Shown: one piece after another, positions 19,769 through 30,043 of the stretch
Position numbering within the stretch: position 1 is the stretch's first letter
Layout of the letters: each line of letters begins with the position of its first letter
Translations under genes and position numbers: made by a program
Notes under the pieces: generated by a model
Database searches by the model: none
What the model saw: the letters and a program-made list of their open reading frames with translations, nothing else
What the model was told of the DNA's origin: nothing
Source: an uncultured Bifidobacterium sp.
GTDB lineage: Bacteria; Actinomycetota; Actinomycetes; Actinomycetales; Bifidobacteriaceae
Direction of reading: 5' to 3'
DNA: 64,000 nucleotides
Assembly: GCF_959020155.1 (NCBI RefSeq)
Contig: NZ_CAUERC010000003.1
Coordinates: 72,902-136,901 of the forward strand

Positions 19769-19826
19769 GCCGCGATATGTGCGATTGCCGGCGATTACGA
19801 CAACCGGCAATCGCAATACGGCATAT

Positions 19827-19878
19827 ATAACGAAACTGCCGACGTTGGAACATTTTCCAGCGTCGGCAGTTTCGTTAT
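19827..19878. terminator. Long hairpin between convergent genes
   Basis: ATAACGAAACTGCCGACG / CGTCGGCAGTTTCGTTAT inverted repeat. Confidence 0.8.
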
Positions 19879-19895
19879 GCCAGCTTATTTTCGGC

Positions 19896-20930
19896 TTATT
19901 TCAACGTCAGCGTGGCGGCCAGAGCAAGATGATCAGTACCGTTGACCGTGAAGGAGCGCACGTCGGATGCGGTCAGACCGGCGGTGAACAAGATGTGGTC
20001 GAGGATGAGACGCGGCCACGGCAGCCACGATGGGAACGTGGCGCGGCGGCCCTTCGCCTCGGTCAACGCGGCGTCCTGGAAGCCGGCGTCAAGCAGCTTG
20101 CGGAAGCTCGGATGGTCGGTACCGGAGTTGAGGTCGCCCAATACGACGGTGATATCGCCCTGCTTCTGCGATGTGGCCAGCTCACCCAAGCCGATGATGC
20201 CGGCGGACCAGTCGCGGCAGCCGCGCATCGGCGATTTCGGATGGGCGGAAACGAAAGTGATGCCGCGCATCGCATCAATCGGGAAGCACACGCCAGGCAC
20301 GTCGGCGGCGGGAATCACGGCGGTGATCGGCGACGTGTCGCTTGGCTCGATGCGAATCCAAATACCGTTGAAGCCGCCGTTATCCGTTTCCTTGCTCTCC
20401 CCTAACTGGCGGTACGGCAGCAGGTCGGACAGGCCGGCCTCGTCCAAGGCCGCGACCAGATCGTCCGTCAATTCCTGCAGCGCGAGCACGGCGACGTCGT
20501 GTTCCTTGACGGCGCTGACGATTGCGGCCGCATTGGCACGACCGTACCGGCAGTTGAGCGTCATCACGCGGAAACGGCCGTGTTTCGCGGCTTCCGCGGC
20601 AGTCGACGTATGTGTTCCACAGGATGTTTCACGCTTTTTTGCGATGTTGTCGGCCACCATCTGCGCCGTGTTGATGGACGTGAGATTGTTGTTCCAATAC
20701 GCGATTTTGCGCAGCAGCGAAGCGATGCACGCGATCGCCGCGACGATGGCGAGGGCGGTGTCATGCCGTACGACACCGGCAATCGCAATCGCCAATGTTG
20801 GAATCCACAACAGCGGTGTCAGCGCAATCAGATACGGCAACGGCAAGTGGCCGTCCCAACCGGCCGGCATTTCGCTCAGAGCGATCCACAACACGCATAC
20901 CAGCAGTACGATCCACAACGCAACACTCAT
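19896..20930 (-). CDS. Membrane-anchored endonuclease/exonuclease/phosphatase (EEP) family protein
   Basis: Three N-terminal TM segments, then MTLN, LALQE, SAHP, LGDLNS, LDHIL and TDH motifs. Confidence 0.88.
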   Translation of the reverse strand: MSVALWIVLLVCVLWIALSEMPAGWDGHLPLPYLIALTPLLWIPTLAIAIAGVVRHDTALAIVAAIACIASLLRKIAYWNNNLTSINTAQMVADNIAKKRETSCGTHTSTAAEAAKHGRFRVMTLNCRYGRANAAAIVSAVKEHDVAVLALQELTDDLVAALDEAGLSDLLPYRQLGESKETDNGGFNGIWIRIEPSDTSPITAVIPAADVPGVCFPIDAMRGITFVSAHPKSPMRGCRDWSAGIIGLGELATSQKQGDITVVLGDLNSGTDHPSFRKLLDAGFQDAALTEAKGRRATFPSWLPWPRLILDHILFTAGLTASDVRSFTVNGTDHLALAATLTLK

Positions 20931-21166
20931 GCAAATCCCCTTGAAATGGCCATAATCAGGCGCACGAAAACCGCCAATGAACATATCCAGCATAGCGAGT
21001 TCGTCCGATTCGGGTGATCCGGACGCCCGAGACCGCCACAACACCTCACCAATGTCCGATTCTGGAGAAACGGCCATTCAGAATGCGCAAAACGCAAGCC
21101 GAGCGTCCGAGTCAACAGAAACGGACGCTCGGGAACGCATACGGGAACGCGTCCATACCCCACGGT

Positions 21167-21172
21167 TATAAT
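21167..21172 (+). promoter_or_regulatory. -10 box of the rpsP operon
   Basis: Perfect TATAAT about 125 nt upstream of rpsP. Confidence 0.55.
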
Positions 21173-21296
21173 TGCTCAGTTATTCGCGCGCGCGAGGCCC
21201 TCTACCAATCGCGTGACGTGAGGAACACGTGGGTTTCGGATTCCGTGCCCCACACAGAACACGAAACACACACCCCTAGTTACAAGGAGAGCCATT

Positions 21297-21746
21297 TTGG
21301 CAACCAAGATTCGTCTGAAGCGCATGGGTAAGAAGTTCTACGCGTTCTACCGCGTGGTGATCATGGATTCCCGTACCAAGCGTGATGGCCGCGCCATCGA
21401 AGAGATCGGTACCTACAATCCGAACACCCAGCCTTCGACCATCGTTATCGATTCCGAGCGCGCTCAGTACTGGCTCGGCGTTGGCGCTCAGCCGACCGAG
21501 CAGGTGCTGAACCTGCTGAAGATCACCGGTGACTGGCAGAAGTTCAAGGGTCTTGACGGTGCTGAAGGCACCCTGAAGACCGTTGAGGCTGGCCCGGATG
21601 CCGCCGCTCGCGTCGAGGCTGTCGAAGCCCAGGCCCAGAAGCTGAAGGCCGCCAAGTCCGAAGCTGACGCCAAGGCCAAGGCTGAGGCCGAAGCCGCCGC
21701 CACCGAGGAAGCTCCGGCTGAAGAGCCGGCTGCGGAAGCCGAGTGA
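21297..21746 (+). CDS. rpsP: 30S ribosomal protein S16
   Basis: [23 protein letters not shown]; actinobacterial Ala/Glu tail; AAGGAG SD with TTG start. Confidence 0.97.
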   Translation: MATKIRLKRMGKKFYAFYRVVIMDSRTKRDGRAIEEIGTYNPNTQPSTIVIDSERAQYWLGVGAQPTEQVLNLLKITGDWQKFKGLDGAEGTLKTVEAGPDAAARVEAVEAQAQKLKAAKSEADAKAKAEAEAAATEEAPAEEPAAEAE

Positions 21747-21748
21747 TC

Positions 21749-21982
21749 ATGCTCGCCCAGGCTGTGGAACATCTGATCAAGAACATCGTCGATTTTCCCG
21801 ATGATGTCTCGGTGAAGTCCCATGAGAATCCGCGCGGTGAACTCATTCGCGTGCGCGTGAACCCTGAGGATATCGGTCGCGTCATTGGACGCAGCGGACG
21901 CACGGCAAATGCGATTCGCACCGTGGTGCAGGCACTGTCCGACCACAAGGTGCGCGTCGACATCATGGACGTGCGCAGGTGA
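21749..21982 (+). CDS. khpA: KH-domain RNA-binding protein
   Basis: DIGRVIGRSGRTANAIR KH motif; lies between rpsP and rimM. Confidence 0.9.
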   Translation: MLAQAVEHLIKNIVDFPDDVSVKSHENPRGELIRVRVNPEDIGRVIGRSGRTANAIRTVVQALSDHKVRVDIMDVRR

Positions 21983-21991
21983 GATCCTAGC

Positions 21992-22591
21992 GTGGTGCGT
22001 GATATGCATTCCGACGACCCTCAACAGCTTGAGCTGCTGAGGGTCTGTCGTATCGGGCGTGCGCAGGGGCTCAAGGGCGAGGTCACCGTGCAGATCTTTA
22101 CGGACGAACCGGAATACCGGTTCGCTCCCGGTGCTGTGTTGTATACGAAGGACGGCGAGGAAGAGTACGTGGTGGAAAGCTCCCGTACCTTCAAAAACCG
22201 TTGGATCATCAAATTCGAGGGCATCGACGACCGTGATGCGTCCGAAGCCGCCAATGGCGTGGTGCTGTATGGCGAAGCGGACGATCCGGAGGAGATGCTT
22301 GAAGCGGACGAGTGGTACCCGAAGGACCTGATCAGTCTTGAGGCGCGCCTTGCCGAGGGCAATACGCTGGGGCTTGCGCCCGGCACTGTGGTAGGCAAGG
22401 TGGTGGATGTGATTGAAGTGGCCCAGTGGCTGCTCAAGATCCGTCTGGCCAATCCCGTCAAGGACGCCGATGGCGTGGTGGTCGAGAACAGCGCGCTCGT
22501 GCCGTTCGTGGACGAGCTCGTGCCGGACATCGACCTCGAGGGCGGATATCTGACCCTCGACCCGCCGTGCGGACTCATTCCGGGGCTCTGA
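21992..22591 (+). CDS. rimM: Ribosome maturation factor RimM
   Basis: IGRAQGLKGEV, LVPFVDELVPDIDL; operon position. Start may be 22004. Confidence 0.93.
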   Translation: MVRDMHSDDPQQLELLRVCRIGRAQGLKGEVTVQIFTDEPEYRFAPGAVLYTKDGEEEYVVESSRTFKNRWIIKFEGIDDRDASEAANGVVLYGEADDPEEMLEADEWYPKDLISLEARLAEGNTLGLAPGTVVGKVVDVIEVAQWLLKIRLANPVKDADGVVVENSALVPFVDELVPDIDLEGGYLTLDPPCGLIPGL

Positions 22592-22683
22592 TCCGCTGCT
22601 TTTTCAACAAGGCGCTGGCGATTATGCCGGCGCCTTTTTCGTACGCGCCGCGCTTGGCAGGCGTACCGGTATTGTGGAACATT

Positions 22684-23586
22684 ATGAAGATCGATATCGT
22701 GTCCGTATTCCCGGAATATTTCGAAGTGCTCAACCTGAGCCTGCTCGGCAAGGCGCAGGAGAAGGGCCTGGTCGAAGTCACCGCGCACAACCTGCGCGAC
22801 TGGACGCACGACGTGCACCATTCCGTGGATGATACTCCCGTCGGCGGCGGCGCGGGCATGGTGATGAAGCCGGAAGTGTGGAGCGAATGCCTCGACGAGC
22901 TGCTGCATCTTGAGCCGACCACGGTTACTTGCGATTCCACGGCAGACGCAGACGACACGGCTTCCGCGGACGCGGCCGAATCGGCGGAATCGGCGACAGA
23001 AATCGCCGCAAATGCCGATACCGTTCCGGCGACCGACCGTCCGGTGCTGATTTTCCCGAATCCGTCCGCTCCCCTGTTCACCCAGCAGGACGCGACGGAG
23101 CTGAGCCACACCAACCATCTGCTGTTCGGCTGCGGCCGTTACGAAGGCTACGACGCGCGTATTCCGCAGTATTACCGTGCGCAGGGCGTCGACGTGCGTG
23201 AATATTCGATCGGCGATTATGTGCTGAACGGCGGCGAGGTGGCCGTGTCGGTCATGTTGGAGGCCATCACCCGTCTGCTGCCCGGTTTCATGGGCAATGC
23301 GGCCTCGATCGTGGAGGAATCGTATACGGGAGAGAACGCCCTGCTGGAGCACCGCCAGTATACGAAGCCGGCCGATTGGCGCGGTATCAAGGTTCCGGAC
23401 GTCCTGCTGTCCGGCGACCACGCGAAGGTCGACCGTTTCCGCCGCGATGAGGCGCTGGCGAAGACCAACGAGCTGCGTCCGGATCTCATCGAGGCGTTGG
23501 ATTGTTCCAAGCTTGACAAGGCCGATCGCAAAACGCTGATGGCGTTGGGCTGGGAGGTTTCCGGCGCGCACCCACGGCAGCGCTGA
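22684..23586 (+). CDS. trmD: tRNA (guanine37-N1)-methyltransferase
   Basis: VDDTPVGGGAGMVMK, CGRYEGYDAR, SIGDYVLNGGE and LLSGDH. Confidence 0.96.
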   Translation: MKIDIVSVFPEYFEVLNLSLLGKAQEKGLVEVTAHNLRDWTHDVHHSVDDTPVGGGAGMVMKPEVWSECLDELLHLEPTTVTCDSTADADDTASADAAESAESATEIAANADTVPATDRPVLIFPNPSAPLFTQQDATELSHTNHLLFGCGRYEGYDARIPQYYRAQGVDVREYSIGDYVLNGGEVAVSVMLEAITRLLPGFMGNAASIVEESYTGENALLEHRQYTKPADWRGIKVPDVLLSGDHAKVDRFRRDEALAKTNELRPDLIEALDCSKLDKADRKTLMALGWEVSGAHPRQR

Positions 23587-23660
23587 TTACGCACGATTGT
23601 TCACGCCGACGGAGGGCATGCAGGTCCACCGTCGACGTTTTTAGTTGGAAAGCCCGGACG

Positions 23661-24284
23661 TCAGTCCGCGGATTCAACCGGCTCTGCCGGCTCGGCGGAT
23701 TCGGCAGGTTCGATGTAATACACGGCGGTTTCGCCGTAATCACGCCGGTCGGTGATATCCCAGCCTTCGGGCGCGGTCGGCTCGTCGGAACGAGTGGAGC
23801 GTTCCAGCACGATCACCGTGCCCTCGCCAGTCAGTTCGCCGGACTCACGGCCCGCCAAATCGGCCAGCAGCTGGTTGCACGCCTCGGTTTCGAACGCGTA
23901 CGGCGGGTCAATGAAGATCACGTCGAACGGCGCGACCGCCGATGCGGCCGCCGCGTACTTTTCCGCACGCGCCTTGACCACGCGGGCGCTCATGCCCGGC
24001 TCCCAGGAACGGTTGTGCTTCAACGCCGTCAACGTCTTTGCGATCAGCGCGGCGGCCGGTGCGGCCGATTCCACCGCCACCAGTTCGCGCGCGCCACGGC
24101 TCAGCGCTTCGATGCCCAACGCGCCGGTTCCGGCGAACAGGTCGAGCACACGTGCGTCATCCAGCACGCCCCACGAATCGAGGTGCGAGAATATCGCTTC
24201 CTTGGTACGGTCGGTGGTTGGCCTGGTGCCCGGTTTCGGCGTGGTCAATGCCATGCCTTTGAATCGTCCTGAAATTACGCGCAT
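23661..24284 (-). CDS. rsmD: 16S rRNA m2G966 methyltransferase
   Basis: MRVISGRFKG, RPTTDRTKEAIF, LDLFAGTGALG, DPPY. Confidence 0.94.
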   Translation of the reverse strand: MRVISGRFKGMALTTPKPGTRPTTDRTKEAIFSHLDSWGVLDDARVLDLFAGTGALGIEALSRGARELVAVESAAPAAALIAKTLTALKHNRSWEPGMSARVVKARAEKYAAAASAVAPFDVIFIDPPYAFETEACNQLLADLAGRESGELTGEGTVIVLERSTRSDEPTAPEGWDITDRRDYGETAVYYIEPAESAEPAEPVESAD

Positions 24285-24295
24285 AGCTATCGAGC

Positions 24296-26959
24296 CTAGT
24301 TGCTGGTCAGGAACGTCTCGTTGCCGCGCGTGAAGTCGAGCACCGCGCCGGCAAGCTGCACGTACCCTTGCAACGTGGGGTCTTCGGCCACCAGTTTCGC
24401 GGCTTCCGCTCTGGCTTCCTCGATGATCTTCACGTCTTTGACCACGCGCAGCAGTTTCAGTCCGGATTTGCCGCCGGATTGCGCGTCGCCCAGCACGTCG
24501 CCCGCGCCGCGGAATTCAAGGTCGGCCTGCGCGATTTCGGCACCGTCCAACGTGCCGGCAATCACGTCAAGGCGTTTGGCAGCATCGCTGCCTTCCGGCG
24601 CACGTGAAATAAGGAACGCGCCCGATTCGGTGCCGCCACGGCCCACGCGTCCACGCAGCTGGTGCAACTGGGACAGGCCGTACCGGTCGGCATCGAAAAT
24701 CACCATGCAGCTGGCCTGCGCCACGTCCACGCCCACTTCGATGACGGTGGTGGCCACCAGAATCGGCGTCACGCCCGCTTCGAAATCGGCCATAATCTGC
24801 GATTTCGTTTCGTCATCGTCGCGACCGGTCAGCGTGGCGATACGGATGCCGGCGAATTGCGGCAGCGATCGCAAGCGTTCCGCCATTTCCGCGACGGAAT
24901 GCAACGGCGGCCGCTGTTCGCGCTGTTCGTCATCCTCGCCCAAATCGTATGTGGCGTCGAATACGGAACCGACTTCCGCATCGCCTGAACCGCCCGCATC
25001 GTCGGTATCCTTCGCGTCGGCGTCGATGCGCGGGCAGACCACGTAGGCACGTTCCCCCGCGTCGATACGCTTGCGAATCAGACCGAACATTTCCGCCATC
25101 AGCGGGCCGTTCGCTTCGGGCACGACGAATGTGCGGATCGGCTTGCGGCCGCCGGGCAGTTCGGTGAGCCAGGAGATGTCGAGGTCGCCGAACCAGGTCA
25201 TGGCAGCGGTGCGCGGGATCGGCGTGGCCGTCATGACCAGCAAATGCGGTGCCGTGGAGCCTTTGGCATTCAACGATTCGCGCTGTTCCACGCCGAAACG
25301 GTGCTGTTCGTCGATGACCGCCAGCGCGAGGTTGGGCGCTTGGAAGGTTTTGGAGAACGCGGCGTGTGTGGCCACCACGATGCATGGTTTGCCGGAGGCC
25401 GCTTGCGCGAGGACGCGTCGGCGGGCGGCGAGTTTCATGCCGCCGGTGAGCAGCAGTACGGGAATGTCCGGCAGGCTGTTCGATTGGCCGTCCAGCAGTT
25501 TCTCCACCTGGCCGCCATCCGATTGTCCACCGTTTTGCGGTTCCGGCGCGTTTCCCGACGTGACTTGTCCACTTTCATCCACAACCGCATGGTGCGTTGA
25601 TTTTGTCTGCGATTCCCCTGATTTCGCGTTTTCGTCAGCCTCTTCGCCGGTACCACACATCCGATCCACCATGCCGCGGATGCTGCTGTAATGTTGTTCC
25701 GCCAACACTTGCGTCGGCGCGACGAGCACCGCTTGTTTGCCGGAGCCGACGGCCTGCATCATAGCCGCCACCGCGACCACGGTTTTGCCGGAGCCGACCT
25801 CGCCCTGCAGCAGGCGTTGCATGGGGTAATCACGTGCCATATCGTCGGAAATATCGGCGATCACCTGCTGTTGCCCGTCCGTCAGCGAGAACGGCAGCGA
25901 CTCGACGAAATCGTCTTTCAGCCGCGTGTCGGCGCAGGCTGTGGCCGTGGCCTTACGCGACGAATCACGAGACTGCACCAGCGCGGTTTGGCAGATGAGC
26001 GCTTCCTCGTAGCGCAGTGTACGCAACGCCTTGTTGAAACCGTCGCGGTTTTGCGGATCGTGAATCGCCATGAACGCTTCGGCTCGGTGCATCAGCCCAT
26101 GTTCCATACGAAACGCTTCCGGCATGATGTCGGGAATGGCGGCGGCAAGCGCTTCCGTCCGTGCCTGCCGGTCGGCTTGCGGCGCGTCGAATTCCCCATG
26201 TTGCGCGTCGCTGGCATCGGCGCCATGCAATGCACGGGCTGCCTGTGCCGCAGCGTATTCGTCACCGCACAGCCGGTCCATGCATTTTTCGATCGACTCG
26301 TGGATGTGTTCGCTGGAGATGCGCGAGTTCGCGTGGTAGACGGGACGTGGGCGGCATACGTGGCGCATCGCCTCCGGTACGGAAGCCGCATCGTATTTGA
26401 GATTCGGCATGGTCGGCGATTGCGGGACTGCCGCCGGTTGTTCCGTGCCGAAGCCGTCATCCCATTCGGCGGTTTCCTCAGGTGAGCGGCTGCGCAATTG
26501 CTCGCCGGCTGGATCGACCGTCAGTATGTCGGGATGGGTGAATTGCAGACGGTCGTTGTATACGCTTGGCTCGCCCGCGACCACCAGCAACGCGCCTTCG
26601 TGCAGTTTGCGTTGGATCCAATCGACGTACGACTTGCGATAGGAGAAGAACACGAGAGACGCCATGGAAGCGTCCATGTGCCGGCTGCGTGCGAAATCGC
26701 CGTCATCAACGTCGGCGATCAGCCGGAATCCGCGACGGGCCATCGGAAAGACGCGCACGCCACGCACGTGCGCGGCGAAGGCCATGTTCTCCCCGATTTT
26801 CGCTTCGCGCAGGGCGCGTGCCGGCACCGGCTCGGTGACGCGGAACGGATAGTAGGTCAGCGCGTCGCCCACGGACACCACGCCCAGCGATTTCAGCGCG
26901 CCGACTCTGCGGCGGTTCGTTTCGAACGAGGAAATCGGGGTTTGCCATGTGGTGCTCAT
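24296..26959 (-). CDS. recG: ATP-dependent DNA helicase RecG
   Basis: RLLQGEVGSGKT, DEQHRFG, MTATPIPRT, TTVIEVGVDV, LHQLRGRVGRG. Confidence 0.95.
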   Translation of the reverse strand: MSTTWQTPISSFETNRRRVGALKSLGVVSVGDALTYYPFRVTEPVPARALREAKIGENMAFAAHVRGVRVFPMARRGFRLIADVDDGDFARSRHMDASMASLVFFSYRKSYVDWIQRKLHEGALLVVAGEPSVYNDRLQFTHPDILTVDPAGEQLRSRSPEETAEWDDGFGTEQPAAVPQSPTMPNLKYDAASVPEAMRHVCRPRPVYHANSRISSEHIHESIEKCMDRLCGDEYAAAQAARALHGADASDAQHGEFDAPQADRQARTEALAAAIPDIMPEAFRMEHGLMHRAEAFMAIHDPQNRDGFNKALRTLRYEEALICQTALVQSRDSSRKATATACADTRLKDDFVESLPFSLTDGQQQVIADISDDMARDYPMQRLLQGEVGSGKTVVAVAAMMQAVGSGKQAVLVAPTQVLAEQHYSSIRGMVDRMCGTGEEADENAKSGESQTKSTHHAVVDESGQVTSGNAPEPQNGGQSDGGQVEKLLDGQSNSLPDIPVLLLTGGMKLAARRRVLAQAASGKPCIVVATHAAFSKTFQAPNLALAVIDEQHRFGVEQRESLNAKGSTAPHLLVMTATPIPRTAAMTWFGDLDISWLTELPGGRKPIRTFVVPEANGPLMAEMFGLIRKRIDAGERAYVVCPRIDADAKDTDDAGGSGDAEVGSVFDATYDLGEDDEQREQRPPLHSVAEMAERLRSLPQFAGIRIATLTGRDDDETKSQIMADFEAGVTPILVATTVIEVGVDVAQASCMVIFDADRYGLSQLHQLRGRVGRGGTESGAFLISRAPEGSDAAKRLDVIAGTLDGAEIAQADLEFRGAGDVLGDAQSGGKSGLKLLRVVKDVKIIEEARAEAAKLVAEDPTLQGYVQLAGAVLDFTRGNETFLTSN

Positions 26960-27066
26960 AACACTCCATTGTGGCACGACCGGATGATTGTGCGGCGGGC
27001 TGAATTCCCCATTATTCGTGGCGGCGCCATTCGCCGCAACACGGCTTGTGGACGGCCAGATAAAGC

Positions 27067-27100
27067 AAAACCCCGGCGGCCATTCGGCTTACCGGGGTTT
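27067..27100 (-). terminator. Terminator after rpmB
   Basis: AAAACCCCGG...CCGGGGTTT hairpin. Confidence 0.75.
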
Positions 27101-27119
27101 CAAGCTGTTATTTCGCGAT

Positions 27120-27314
27120 TCACGCTTCAACGCGCTGGACCTTGCCAGCCTTGATGCACTTCACGCAAACGCGAACGCGAACGTTCTCGCCGTCGATGGT
27201 GGTGCGAACCGGCTGCAGGTTCGGGCGGAAGGTGCGCTTATTGCGAATATGTGAGTGCGAAACGGTGAAACCGGTCTGCGGTCCCTTGCCGCACACTGCG
27301 CAACGAGCTGCCAT
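27120..27314 (-). CDS. rpmB: 50S ribosomal protein L28
   Basis: [10 protein letters not shown]...[17 protein letters not shown]...CVKC; GGGAG SD. Confidence 0.96.
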   Translation of the reverse strand: MAARCAVCGKGPQTGFTVSHSHIRNKRTFRPNLQPVRTTIDGENVRVRVCVKCIKAGKVQRVEA

Positions 27315-27639
27315 AATGGACTCCCTATAATTACTATTGACTTGCAAGTCTGCGCGTTCGACACCACACAACGAAGTGCATGGCAGAACACACAACTTCT
27401 CAACTATACAACCAGCCCCGGCCAATCGCAAACTTGTGGACGAAAATCGGCTTGCATTCCCCATATTCCGCCGTTTTTGCCATGTCTCGACAGCACGCGT
27501 ATGCGGCCCGTACGGGCAGAACATGCTTGTTCATGCGCTGTTCATGTCGAATGGTCTGTTACCACCCGCCACGCCCGTACGATGAAGTAATGGAATAAGA
27601 TGAGCCATAAGATTGACATTTAGCCGAAAAGAGTCAACA

Positions 27640-28992
27640 TTGACCGACACAGCCGAGCCGCAGACCCAACCGTCCCAGCAGAACGCGCAGGCCCAGCAGC
27701 CGCAGCAATCCAGCCAGCAATCCAAGCATATGATGACGCCACGCGAGAAGAAGTGGATCGTCTACGACGTCGGCAATTCCGCGTTCGTGCTGCTGTCCAC
27801 CGCCGTCGTGCCGATCTACGCGAATTCGCTGCTCAAGGCGGCCGGCGAGACGAACATCGTGTCGACGTGGGGCTACGCGCAGACCATCGCATCGCTCGTC
27901 ATCGCCGTGCTTATGCCGCTGCTCGGCTCCATCGCCGACGTGCAGGGCATGAAGATCCGCTTCTTCACCGGCTTCTTCCTGACGGGCGTGGTCATGTGCT
28001 GCGCGATGGCGATGCCGCTTGGTTGGCTCGCGTTCATCATCGTGTACGTGCTGGCCACCATCGGCCTTAATGGTTCGCTTACGTTCTACGACTCCATGCT
28101 GGTGGACACGACTTCGAACGAACGGATGGACCGCATTTCCTCACACGGCTACGCATGGGGCTATATCGGTTCGACCGTGCCGTTCATCGTCTGCATCGCG
28201 CTGATTTTCGGAGGCCCCGCGCTGTTCGGCTGGTCGACCACAGCCTGCACGCGCGCCTCGTTCGTCATCACCGCGCTGTGGTGGGTGGCGTTCACCATTC
28301 CGCTGCTCACCAGCTATAAGCAGGTGCATTACCGCGCCACCGCGGGGCAGGCAGGCGAGGCCATCCGCGGCACGTTCGCCGAGCTCGGCTCCACGTTCCG
28401 CGCCATCCGCAAGAACAAGCCGCTGTGGATGTTCATGATCGCGTTCTTCTTCTACATCGACGCCGTCAACACCGTCATTTCCATGAGCACGTCGTATGGC
28501 ACGCAGCTGGGCATCGACTCCACGCAGCTGGTCGTGGCGCTGCTCGTCACGCAGTTCGTGGCGTTCCCCTGCTCCATCATCTACGGCAAGCTGGCAGGCC
28601 GGTTCGGCTCGAAAACCATGATCACCGCCGCCGTGGTGGCGTACATGTGCATCGTCTTCTTCGCCGCGTTCTTCCTGCGCGCCGCACTTGAATTCTGGAT
28701 TCTGGCGATTCTGGTCGGCATGTTCCAAGGTGGCATCCAGGCGCTGTCCCGCTCGTATTACGGCAAGATCATTCCGAAGGACCATGCCAACGAGTACTAC
28801 GGCTTCTACGATATTTTCGGCAAGACGGCGTCGATTATCGGCACGTTCCTCGTCGCTACCACGACGTCGCTGACTGGCAACGCGTCGATCGGCGTGCTGT
28901 CGATAGCCATTCTGCTGGCCGTCGCGCTCGTCTTCCTGCTTCTGCAGAAGGATCCGACCAAGGGTTCGACGGAAGCCGCAACCGTCGACTGA
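27640..28992 (+). CDS. MFS transporter (UMF1/Atg22-like)
   Basis: WIVYDVGNSAF, FYDSML, GYAWGYIGS, QALSRSYY, YGFYDIFGK; about 12 TM segments. Start uncertain (27613, 27640 or 27730). Confidence 0.85.
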   Translation: MTDTAEPQTQPSQQNAQAQQPQQSSQQSKHMMTPREKKWIVYDVGNSAFVLLSTAVVPIYANSLLKAAGETNIVSTWGYAQTIASLVIAVLMPLLGSIADVQGMKIRFFTGFFLTGVVMCCAMAMPLGWLAFIIVYVLATIGLNGSLTFYDSMLVDTTSNERMDRISSHGYAWGYIGSTVPFIVCIALIFGGPALFGWSTTACTRASFVITALWWVAFTIPLLTSYKQVHYRATAGQAGEAIRGTFAELGSTFRAIRKNKPLWMFMIAFFFYIDAVNTVISMSTSYGTQLGIDSTQLVVALLVTQFVAFPCSIIYGKLAGRFGSKTMITAAVVAYMCIVFFAAFFLRAALEFWILAILVGMFQGGIQALSRSYYGKIIPKDHANEYYGFYDIFGKTASIIGTFLVATTTSLTGNASIGVLSIAILLAVALVFLLLQKDPTKGSTEAATVD

Positions 28993-29076
28993 CAGCTGCC
29001 GTCCGACAGCGTTCCGCTCGACAGCGATCGCTCGATAGCATTCCGCCTGACAATCGTCGTTCGACGGAATGCGCTG
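28991..29076 (+). repeat. Degenerate tandem repeat of 14-15 bp units
   Basis: GACAGCTGCCGTCC / GACAGCGTTCCGCTC / GACAGCGATCGCTC / GATAGCATTCCGCCT / GACAATCGTCGTTC / GACGGAATGCGCTG. Confidence 0.6.
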
Positions 29077-29208
29077 TGCCGGCCTGCGGGAAACCGCGTA
29101 GGCCGGCACAACTTCGACAGTTACCATCTGGTATGTTATACTGGCATCGTTTGCACACCGTGGCGCAACGTAGCGCCGCTCCAGCAATGACGCAGAGAGA
29201 GGTAAACG

Positions 29209-30000
29209 ATGTCATTGGCAAATGAACTAGTCGAAGCAGTGTCCGCATGGCCGGAAGTCGAGGCCATCACGTTGGGTGGGTCACGCGCCACCGGCGATAA
29301 CGATAAAAAATCCGATTACGACGTCTACGTGTACGTCACCGCACCCGTGTCTGCCGAACGCCGCCGCAGGCTGCTGCGCAACTATTGCAGCCATATGGAA
29401 ATCGACAACGATTTTTGGGAGACCGAAGACGACTGCACGCTGAACGACGGCACCAATATCGACGTGCTGTACCGCGATCTGGACCAGTTCGCAGCCAATG
29501 TCGCCGACGTGGTGGAACGGTTTCAGGCCAACAACGGCTATACGACGTGCATGTGGCACAACATGCTCACCAGCAAGGTGCTGTTCGACCGCGACGGCCA
29601 GTACGCCGCGACCCGACAGCGGTTCGACGTGCCGTTCCCCGAGGAACTGCGCCGCAACATCATCAATCGCAACATGCGTCTACTTACCGGCAACCTGCCG
29701 TCGTACGACGCACAGATCCGCAAGGCCGCGAGCCGAGGCGACAAAATCGCGGTCAACCATCGCATGGCCGCGTTCATGGAATCGTATTTCGATGTGCTAT
29801 TCGCGCTGAACCGCCGCACGCATCCCGGCGAGAAGCGTCTCGACAAGCTCGCCGAACGCGACTGCGCCATTCTGCCGAAGGATTTCCGCAAAAACATCGA
29901 TACGCTGTTCGATTCGATGTACGCCGATCAGGCGGTGTTCAGCGAGACTTTGGGCGAAATCGTTGACGACCTGCGTCAGACGGTCGACGCGAACCTGTGA
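29209..30000 (+). CDS. Pol-beta-like nucleotidyltransferase (DUF4037-type)
   Basis: LGGSRATG...SDYDVYVY NTase motif, third Asp in IDVLYR, helical C-terminus with HPGEKRL. Confidence 0.8.
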   Translation: MSLANELVEAVSAWPEVEAITLGGSRATGDNDKKSDYDVYVYVTAPVSAERRRRLLRNYCSHMEIDNDFWETEDDCTLNDGTNIDVLYRDLDQFAANVADVVERFQANNGYTTCMWHNMLTSKVLFDRDGQYAATRQRFDVPFPEELRRNIINRNMRLLTGNLPSYDAQIRKAASRGDKIAVNHRMAAFMESYFDVLFALNRRTHPGEKRLDKLAERDCAILPKDFRKNIDTLFDSMYADQAVFSETLGEIVDDLRQTVDANL

Positions 30001-30043
30001 TTTGACCGCGAATCCGGCGGTTCGACGCCGGTAGCGATTGGTT

